From assembly GCA_963840855.1 (NCBI GenBank), contig CAWJBB010000034.1, forward strand, positions 72,340 to 136,339: a stretch of DNA of 64,000 bases. Direction: 5' to 3'. The notes under the pieces were generated by a model. The model saw only the letters and a program-made list of their open reading frames with translations. It had not been told where the DNA came from and searched no databases. Every line of letters starts with the position of its first letter. Position 1 is the stretch's first letter. This document shows, in pieces, positions 57,112 to 64,000 of this stretch. A program made the translations under genes and the position numbers. The stretch is from an uncultured delta proteobacterium (GTDB lineage: Bacteria; Desulfobacterota; Binatia; UBA9968).

Positions 57112-58495
57112 AGAGCGCCGCCTCCCGCCCGGCAATCCGGCCAAATACCGAGCCGATCGTCAATCCAAAGCCGGCAAGATAACCTTTGCCGAGAATATTG
57201 CCAGCCATCACTTCGCCGGCGGCGTATATATTTTTCGCCGGCTGGTCGTTTTGCATGATCACCCTCGCCTGTTCATTCACGGTAACGCCGAGATAGGTAA
57301 ACGTGATGCCGGGCCGCAGCGGATAACCGTAGTAGGGCGGCGTGTCGAGGGGACGCGCCCAGTGGCTTTTCGGCGGATCCAACCCTATGGTGCGACATTC
57401 GTCCAGGCTGCCGGGATCAAATCTGCCGCCGCTCACTGAGCGATTGAATTCAGCGACGGCGGCGGCGAGAGCGCGCGGCTCGATACCCAACGCCGTAGCC
57501 AGCTCGGTAATCGAGCCAGCTTCAACCGGCGGAAACACCGACGGCATGAATTGTGGTAGTCCTTTGGAGTCGACGATGGAGTATGCGATCTGCTCCGGTT
57601 GCGCCGCGATGAGTTTCCCCCAGATCGCGTAGCGCTTCGGCCAGAAATCTTCGCCCTCGTCGTAAAAGCGCTTAACCTCTTTGTTGACGACGATGCCGAA
57701 CGGCACGCTGTCCAGCCGCGTAACAATGCCGCCGTCGAATTTTGGCGCGCGCGCGTCCAGCGCTACAGCGTGACAACCACGCGGGTCGCCCACCGGCTTG
57801 GCACCCTCGTCGAGAAGCTGTTTCAACATCCGGCCCTGATTATGCGGCGTGCCGCGTATGACGAAGTTGTCGGCGGCCTCGCCCCAATACTCTTTCAGCC
57901 ATGGGATATTCGCCTCGAAGCCGCCGGCGGCTACGACCAGCGCTTTCGCCGCGACTTCTTTAGGCGCGCCGTTGTGAAAGGCCACCGCAGAGGCGAATCG
58001 CCCGCCACTCATTTGCAGTTCGCGCACTTCGGATTCGTAAACAATCTCCACGCCGAGCTTTGCCGCCGTGTCGTAGTAAGCGTTCATCATCGCTTTGCCG
58101 CCGCCAAGCATAAAGAGATTGGTGCGCGCCAGGTGCAGCGTGCCGCGCAGCGGACGTTGCCAGCGCACGCCGATGGCCCGCATCCAGTCGCCGAGCGTTT
58201 CAGACTCGCGAATGGTCAACCGGGCCAGACGCTCGTTGGTCGCGCCTCCAGTGACCCCCAATAGATCCTGCCAAAACTCATCTTCACCGTAAGCGCCGGT
58301 GACGTATTCGGTGGCCGCTCGATGCATATAACGGATATCGCGCGTGTGGCGGCTGTTGCCGCCGCGAAAATCTCTTGTCGCGCTTTCGAGCAAGAGTACC
58401 CGCGCGCCGGCGCGCCGCGCGGTGATCGCCGCGCACAGCGCCGCGTTGCCGCCGCCGACAACGAGAACGTCGTAGGTGCGCGTCAGATCCGCCAT
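57098..58495 (-). CDS. tcuA: FAD-dependent tricarballylate dehydrogenase TcuA
   Basis: VGGGNAALCAA, RGGNSRHTR, GTLHL.RTN, DARAPKFDGGIVTRLD, WPKRYAIWG, GE.MAGNILG.GYLAG. Confidence 0.93.
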   Translation of the reverse strand: MADLTRTYDVLVVGGGNAALCAAITARRAGARVLLLESATRDFRGGNSRHTRDIRYMHRAATEYVTGAYGEDEFWQDLLGVTGGATNERLARLTIRESETLGDWMRAIGVRWQRPLRGTLHLARTNLFMLGGGKAMMNAYYDTAAKLGVEIVYESEVRELQMSGGRFASAVAFHNGAPKEVAAKALVVAAGGFEANIPWLKEYWGEAADNFVIRGTPHNQGRMLKQLLDEGAKPVGDPRGCHAVALDARAPKFDGGIVTRLDSVPFGIVVNKEVKRFYDEGEDFWPKRYAIWGKLIAAQPEQIAYSIVDSKGLPQFMPSVFPPVEAGSITELATALGIEPRALAAAVAEFNRSVSGGRFDPGSLDECRTIGLDPPKSHWARPLDTPPYYGYPLRPGITFTYLGVTVNEQARVIMQNDQPAKNIYAAGEVMAGNILGKGYLAGFGLTIGSVFGRIAGREAALYACA

Positions 58496-58703
58496 TGAGA
58501 TTATTTAATCACAAAGAGCCTAGCGCGGCGAAGCCGCAACCAAAGAAGACATTAACGCAAAAAATGCAAAGGGTTAAAAAAGGTTTCACCGCAGAAGGCA
58601 CGAGTTCGCAGAGTTGGGATATATATGTCTTAATCTAAGTATTCTTTACTTCGTGGTGAAATCATTTTCCCTCTGCGACCTTTGCGGTTAAATTCTTAAG
58701 CTA

Positions 58704-59780
58704 TTAACGCCCGCGCTTCATCGCTTCCGCGATGTAGCCGGATTTATCCAAACGCTCGACGAAAGAGTTGTCGATCATATCCGCGGCCTTGAGTTTCGCG
58801 AGGCGGGGATTCATTCTGTGCAGCGCATCGATCATGTTCTGCACCCCTTCGAGAGGAGCGTATGGAACCTTGGTCTTCGCGTGGATCTCCAAGGTGGCGT
58901 CGTACATCACCTGAACACTCTGCGGCGTGGAGAGCTTCAAGCGCCGCGCGAGAACGCTCTTGACGGCTTTCTCGTTGGCAGGATTGGGCAGAAAATTTAA
59001 ACCATCAATGGTGCCCTTGAGCAACGATTCCATGACCTGCGGATTCTCCCGGACAAATCGCCGCGACGAAACGATGACCGTATTGGCATAGGAGACATCC
59101 ATTTTGGTCATGTCGAGCATCAGCACGACGCCCTTTTCCTTTGCTACTTGCGCGAATCCGGGGTCCAGCGCAGTCGCGTCGATCCGGCCGCCCACCAGGG
59201 CCGCCACTCTCTCCGGCTGTTGCCCGACCTGCATGATCGCAATCTTGTCTCGGGCCGGCTCCAACCCAAGATGTTGAAGCGCCACCTCGACCGCCAAGTG
59301 GCTGCCGGAGCCGAACGTGCTGATGGCGACTCTCTTGCCCTTCAAATCCGCGGGCTGTCGAACCTGTGGGTGAACCCACAGTTGATACGGAAGAATGTGG
59401 ATCAACCCGGCCAAGATCACCAGGTCGGCTCCTCCGCTGTTGGCGCCCGCCGTGGGTCCGACGCTGGTAGAAGCGAGTTTGGCCTCCCCGGCCATCAATG
59501 CTTGCGAGGTGACCGAGCCGCTGCCGGTAAATACGGAAGTGACGTCGAGGCCGTGCTTTTTATAAAAACCCTGGTCTTCGCCCAGCCAGACACTTGAATG
59601 CGTTGAGATCAGTCCCGCATAAGCGACCAAAAGTTTCTTTAAGGGCTCTTGCGCCTGGCTCGGACATGCGCAGATGGCAAAAAACAAAATGGCCACAGCT
59701 GTTCTTAATGATTGGCGTTTCGCGCTCGTGACTATCGTCTTTAACATTGTCCACCTCCGTGGTTTCGATTGTCCAATCAC
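58704..59780 (-). CDS. NitT/TauT family substrate-binding protein
   Basis: GFYKKHGLDV, DLKGKRVAISTFGSGS, IDNSFVE.LDKSG; start uncertain. Confidence 0.87.
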   Translation of the reverse strand: MIGQSKPRRWTMLKTIVTSAKRQSLRTAVAILFFAICACPSQAQEPLKKLLVAYAGLISTHSSVWLGEDQGFYKKHGLDVTSVFTGSGSVTSQALMAGEAKLASTSVGPTAGANSGGADLVILAGLIHILPYQLWVHPQVRQPADLKGKRVAISTFGSGSHLAVEVALQHLGLEPARDKIAIMQVGQQPERVAALVGGRIDATALDPGFAQVAKEKGVVLMLDMTKMDVSYANTVIVSSRRFVRENPQVMESLLKGTIDGLNFLPNPANEKAVKSVLARRLKLSTPQSVQVMYDATLEIHAKTKVPYAPLEGVQNMIDALHRMNPRLAKLKAADMIDNSFVERLDKSGYIAEAMKRGR

Positions 59781-59795
59781 AGGCTGCCTTGGGCG

Positions 59796-60758
59796 CTATC
59801 TGCCCGCGTCCAACTCCTTCAGCGCTTGGCGCGCGAAGGAAAAATCGCGGACCTCGTCCAGGGGCCGCTTTTTTTCGCCCAGTCTCTCGATGAAGCTTTC
59901 CAGATCCGCATCGCTCATCTGGCCATCTTTCGCGAGCGTCCTGAGCTCGAGGTCGTAGGAGCGAGCGGCGATCTCCTGTGGCTGCTTTACCCATTTCATC
60001 ATGACTGGAATCGTTTCCTGACGATTGACCTCGATGAAACGATTGGCTCTGAGCAACGCTCGCAAGGCGCTCTTCACGGTCTGTGGGTTCTCCTTTATCA
60101 AACGATCCGAAGTGGTCAGACCCGATGCGGGCACTCCCAGTTCCGGCGGCCCGGCCAGGACCTTTCCACCCATCTGCTGCACCATCTGGTCGTGCGGCGG
60201 TGAGAGCGCGACGACGTCCACGACCCCAGATAGTAGCGCTTGGGCTCGCACCTGAGTATCACCGAGACCGACGGGCTGCAATTGCGCCGGATTGAATCCC
60301 TTTGCGCGGAGCAGCTCCTCAGCAACCAGGTGATCGGCTCCCCGCAAAGTTGCGACGCCGAGCTTTTTGCCCTTGAGATCCTGGATATCTTTGATTTCGG
60401 GACGAACAATCAAGTAATAGACGCCTTTTTTGAGCGCGATCAGGACGAGTTTCAAAGGAAGTCCCTGTAGAATACCGCGAAACGTGCTCAAAAAGGTCGC
60501 CGTGAAAGCGACGTCGCCGTTGATGACCGCCATCGCCCCAAGCCGTGGATTGGCCTGAATGAGCTCGACTTCTAAACCCTCCTCGCGAAAGAAGCCTTTG
60601 GAGACGCCAACGAAAAGTGGCGTGGCTGTATTGCTGCGGCTTGAATGGGTGATTCTGATTCTTTGTTGGGCCTGGAGCGCCCCCGTCGAAACGAAAAAAG
60701 ACGGGAGGACTGCAATAATCGATATCCACCATAGAGTTCGTATCCGAGCCGTTCGCAT
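59796..60758 (-). CDS. NitT/TauT family substrate-binding protein
   Basis: KGFFREEGLEVE, DLKGKKLGV, LSPP, DFSFAR. Confidence 0.87.
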   Translation of the reverse strand: MRTARIRTLWWISIIAVLPSFFVSTGALQAQQRIRITHSSRSNTATPLFVGVSKGFFREEGLEVELIQANPRLGAMAVINGDVAFTATFLSTFRGILQGLPLKLVLIALKKGVYYLIVRPEIKDIQDLKGKKLGVATLRGADHLVAEELLRAKGFNPAQLQPVGLGDTQVRAQALLSGVVDVVALSPPHDQMVQQMGGKVLAGPPELGVPASGLTTSDRLIKENPQTVKSALRALLRANRFIEVNRQETIPVMMKWVKQPQEIAARSYDLELRTLAKDGQMSDADLESFIERLGEKKRPLDEVRDFSFARQALKELDAGR

Positions 60759-60851
60759 CGCGCGTCTCCTAACCCTCGCTCAGAGTTCGCAGCATAGTCT
60801 GATGCCGATTGGCTTTCATTGCGGCTGCTCCTTACGCTCTGCAAAATGAAT

Positions 60852-61199
60852 TCAAGCCGGCCAGCCATGTTGCGACAGGTCGATCAGATTACCGTCGGGA
60901 TCGGCGACGCGATATTCGGCCTCGCGGTTCGCCGGCCGCTTCTGGATCTCAGTGGCGGCGCCGAGTTCTTTGCAGACCGGCTTGAGCGCTTCGACGTCCT
61001 CGACTTCAATTCCAAAGTGATAGAGGCCTTCCTTATATTGCGGCCGCTTTTGGATGATCGCTAAATTGATGTATCCGTCGGTCAAATAAATGGCCGGGCC
61101 GACGCCGTCGATCACCTTCATGCCGAAAGCGTCGGTATAGAATTTAACCAACCGTTCCCGATTTTCCGATACGATCGCTAAGTGACGAATCCGAGCCAT
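60852..61199 (-). CDS. VOC/glyoxalase family protein
   Basis: RIRHLAI, LTDG.INLA, GLYHFG, DPDGNLIDLS; AAGGAG RBS. Confidence 0.88.
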   Translation of the reverse strand: MARIRHLAIVSENRERLVKFYTDAFGMKVIDGVGPAIYLTDGYINLAIIQKRPQYKEGLYHFGIEVEDVEALKPVCKELGAATEIQKRPANREAEYRVADPDGNLIDLSQHGWPA

Positions 61200-61229
61200 A
61201 GTTGATCGCTCCTTTCATGCGCAAGTCGT

Positions 61230-61472
61230 TTACGCTTCCTCGAACACGCTTTCGGGATGTTTTTCCATGATTTCCCGAATGTATTTTTCCAACTCCCCCT
61301 TGGTTTCAGATGCGTCGGCCTTGAACGCTTCGTGATGGGCGCCCAGAACAAAACAAACCTTGTCGTCGTGCTCGTCGATTTCGAGGAAATAGTTGGTGCC
61401 GAACAAAACCTGGACCCTCTTGTACCCACGCTCGCGATCCCCTTCGACCACAACCGCTCGTATCTTCGCCAT
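61230..61472 (-). CDS. Hypothetical protein (80 aa)
   Basis: GAGGAG RBS before ATG 61472; co-oriented with the VOC gene; protein-like composition. Confidence 0.6.
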   Translation of the reverse strand: MAKIRAVVVEGDRERGYKRVQVLFGTNYFLEIDEHDDKVCFVLGAHHEAFKADASETKGELEKYIREIMEKHPESVFEEA

Positions 61473-61602
61473 GTTTGGGTCTCCTCTCAAGCCATATCCT
61501 ATAATTGCCCCAACTCCAAGCTGAGCCACCTGTATCGTATAAGGGGGGAATCCCGTCAAGAGCACAAAGCCGCGGCAAAATAGTTTAGCCCAAAAATTCC
61601 GC

Positions 61603-61631
61603 TTGCCCTCCAGGGGCGACCTGAATAGAAT
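61603..61631 (+). promoter_or_regulatory. Sigma70 promoter giving a near-leaderless transcript
   Basis: TTGCCC-17 nt-TAGAAT; ATG 9 nt downstream; no SD sequence. Confidence 0.6.
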
Positions 61632-61640
61632 CCGGCCATC

Positions 61641-62666
61641 ATGAAAATCGGGCTTTTGCCGTTACTAATCTTCCTGCCGTTTTTCCAAGGCCTCGCCTTT
61701 GCCAGCCACTATCTGCCGAAACCCGGCGAGCGGCCCCTGTCGATGCGGGTATCTACCTGCGCGGTTTCGGGCGGTTTCGTGCATCTCTATACGGCACTCG
61801 ACAATGGTCTGTTCGACAAGTACGGCCTCAAATTCGAGAATATTTTCATTCGCGGTAGCGCGCAAAATTTAACCGCTTTAGCGACTGATGAAGTCCAATT
61901 CACTTATTGCGCCGCCGACGGCACCATCCCCGCCCTGGCTACCGGAATCGACGTGAAGCTCGTCGCCTCTCCCCTGGTGAAGCTACCCTATGTATTGGTG
62001 GCGCGAAAGGAAATCAGGCGGCCCGAGGACCTCAAGGGAAAATCCATAGGCATCGCGCGGGCGGGCGACTTGAGCGACCGGCTCTCGCGCGCGGTGGTAA
62101 AAAAGTTCGGCTTGGCCCCGGACGCGGTCACGATCCGGCCCATCGGCGGCAGCCAGGGCGAGCGTTATCAGGCGATGGCGGCGAACATCGTCCAGGCCAT
62201 TGCGATCACCCCGCCATTGGATGTACGCGCCAAAAACGAAGGCTTCAACGTGCTCTATCGCTTGATCGATCTGGACCTGCCATTTATTTACAGCAGCGTA
62301 CACACGAGTTACAAGATGCTGCGCGATCGTCCAGCGATCGTCCAGCGGATGGTTGCGGCTTTCGCCGAGATCGTATACTTCGTCGAGAAAAATCCCGATA
62401 AAGCCAAAGCCTCCATCGCCAAGGCGATGCGCACTAAAGACGAAGAGGCCTTGCAATCGTCTTACAACGTTTACGCCAAAGAGATCCTCGACCGAACGAT
62501 GGTGGTGCCGGGGAAATCGGTCGCCGAGGCGGTCGAGCTCGCCCGCGAAAGTGGTACCGTCATCAGAAGAAAGCCCGAAGAAATCTACGATAACAGCTTC
62601 GTTTTCAATCTTGAGAAAAGCGGTTTCTTGAAAGAAATCTGGGGCAGTGAAAATTACCGGCGGTAG
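61641..62666 (+). CDS. NitT/TauT family substrate-binding protein
   Basis: GLFDKYGL, EDLKGKSIGI.R.G, TPP, DNSFV.NLEKSGF. Confidence 0.88.
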   Translation: MKIGLLPLLIFLPFFQGLAFASHYLPKPGERPLSMRVSTCAVSGGFVHLYTALDNGLFDKYGLKFENIFIRGSAQNLTALATDEVQFTYCAADGTIPALATGIDVKLVASPLVKLPYVLVARKEIRRPEDLKGKSIGIARAGDLSDRLSRAVVKKFGLAPDAVTIRPIGGSQGERYQAMAANIVQAIAITPPLDVRAKNEGFNVLYRLIDLDLPFIYSSVHTSYKMLRDRPAIVQRMVAAFAEIVYFVEKNPDKAKASIAKAMRTKDEEALQSSYNVYAKEILDRTMVVPGKSVAEAVELARESGTVIRRKPEEIYDNSFVFNLEKSGFLKEIWGSENYRR

Positions 62667-62718
62667 GCGTGTGAATTAGCCGCCGCCTTTTCGCAATGAT
62701 CAAGGGAGGAGTTAAATC

Positions 62719-63687
62719 ATGATTAGCGCAAAAGATATCAAAGGGGCTTTGGCGATTATGCCGACGCCGGCTAAGGACGGAGCCGATCGCCTGGATGCGA
62801 CGGATACAGTCGACCTCGATGAGACCGCCCGGCTCGCCGAGAGCCTGGTCCGCGATGGCGCCACCGGCATCATGGCGCTGGGCACCATGGGCGAGTGCGC
62901 GACCACGTCGCAGAGCGATTATGAAGTCTTCGTCGATTGTTTGCTAAAAACCGTGCGCGGGCGCATCCCGACTTTCGTCGGCGCGACGGCATTGAGCGGC
63001 CACGATATCGCCAAGCGCATCAAATTCGTCAAAGCGCGCGGCGCCACGGGAACGCTATTGGGCATTCCCATGTGGCAACCGGCGACCCTCGATATGGCGG
63101 TCAAATTTTACGCGGATGTCGCGGCGACCTTTCCCGATTTTCCGATTATGGTTTACGCGAACCCGCGCGCCTTTCGTTTCCCCTTTGGCGTCGACTTCTG
63201 GGGCGGCGTTGTCGCGAAAGCGCCGACGGTGATGTCCGCAAAGTTTTCCAGTAGAGCAATTCTCAAAGAGGCGGTGGCCGTTACCAAAGGTCGGATCAAC
63301 TTCGTACCGCCGGTGGGCATGGCGTACGAATTTGCCCAGCTCTCCCCGGAAACCGCGACGACCTGTTGGATCCCCGCTGTCGGACCGCAAATTGGCCTCG
63401 CGCTCATGAACGCCCTCGCTGCAAAAAACGCGCAACAGGCGAAGGCCGTCGCCGATGATATCGCCTGGGCCGTCGAACCGCATCACGCGATCACCGGCTC
63501 GCAGGATGTTTTCGCTTCTTACAACATTCAGATGGAAAAGATTCTGATGGGTGCCTCCGGCTACTGCAAGCCGGGTCCCATCCGGCCGCCCTACAACGTC
63601 ATGCCGGATGACTTCGCCAAGGCATCGCGCGAAAGCGGTCAGCGTTTGGGGAAACTTAGGGAAAAGTATTCGAAGGTGTTAGGATAA
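62719..63687 (+). CDS. DHDPS/NAL family aldolase, NahE/PhdJ-like hydratase-aldolase
   Basis: MPTPAK.GA......TVDL.ETARL, GTMGECAT, G.PMW, VYANP.AF.F.F, FASYNIQ.EK, GP.RPPY. Confidence 0.85.
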   Translation: MISAKDIKGALAIMPTPAKDGADRLDATDTVDLDETARLAESLVRDGATGIMALGTMGECATTSQSDYEVFVDCLLKTVRGRIPTFVGATALSGHDIAKRIKFVKARGATGTLLGIPMWQPATLDMAVKFYADVAATFPDFPIMVYANPRAFRFPFGVDFWGGVVAKAPTVMSAKFSSRAILKEAVAVTKGRINFVPPVGMAYEFAQLSPETATTCWIPAVGPQIGLALMNALAAKNAQQAKAVADDIAWAVEPHHAITGSQDVFASYNIQMEKILMGASGYCKPGPIRPPYNVMPDDFAKASRESGQRLGKLREKYSKVLG

Positions 63688-63875
63688 CTCGCAGCAACTT
63701 TAGAGCGGCCCTACGCAATCTCTACTCGGCCTGCGTTGCGCTGAGCAAATTTTGCCGCGGGTCGATGGCAACAATGCAGGGACAGCGGCAACATCCATGC
63801 CACAGCGGCGCAAATTGAGGTAATGATGACAGAGCGCGACATCACGACCGGTTTTCGACAACAATCTATTTGATA

Positions 63876-64000
63876 ATGAAGCTCCCCGCAGCAAGCTGCG
63901 GGGTATCCTGCGAAATTCCCCGAAGCCGCTACCCTCCTTCGCCAAGGCTACGGAGGGTTCTCCTCGCCTTCATCCCCGCAGCAAGCTGCGAGGTATTCGG
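63876..64000. mobile_element. PATE/MITE-like element, copy 2 (truncated by the window end)
   Basis: Near-identical to 34953-35080. Confidence 0.7.

Overview
GC-rich bacterial chromosomal segment. The gene content (many NitT/TauT-type and COG2984 solute-binding proteins, TctABC/TAXI-TRAP transporters, LLM oxidoreductases, UbiD, hydantoinase, dense REP-like intergenic repeats) resembles Candidatus Binatia/'Deltaproteobacteria' MAGs; this assignment is inference. Most of the window encodes organic-compound uptake and catabolism, including a ~20 kb GntR-centred divergent cluster: UbiD, cyclic amidohydrolase, CoxMSL-type Mo-hydroxylase, LLM enzyme, HyuA, and a HyuB fused to an acetone-carboxylase gamma domain. 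tcuAB, a thiolase/DUF35 pair and a NahE-like aldolase lie further along. Two accessory regions stand out. (1) 10.9-15.4 kb: an orphan antitoxin, a TIR-domain gene and an adjacent HEPN (RxxxxH) gene that is packaged as an integron-type cassette with a clear attC but no integrase in the window, then TA remnants and gdx under a guanidine-II-like riboswitch. (2) 46.4-52.3 kb: a tandem array of COG2984 SBP paralogues and remnants interleaved with oppositely oriented TA-like modules. Intergenic spaces carry several families of paired, inverted short-period repeats and nested MITE/REP-like elements. About ten single-base frameshifts in otherwise intact genes suggest long-read assembly errors. No rRNA, tRNA, CRISPR array, integrase or transposase was recognised. 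All family assignments are by motif recognition, not database search.
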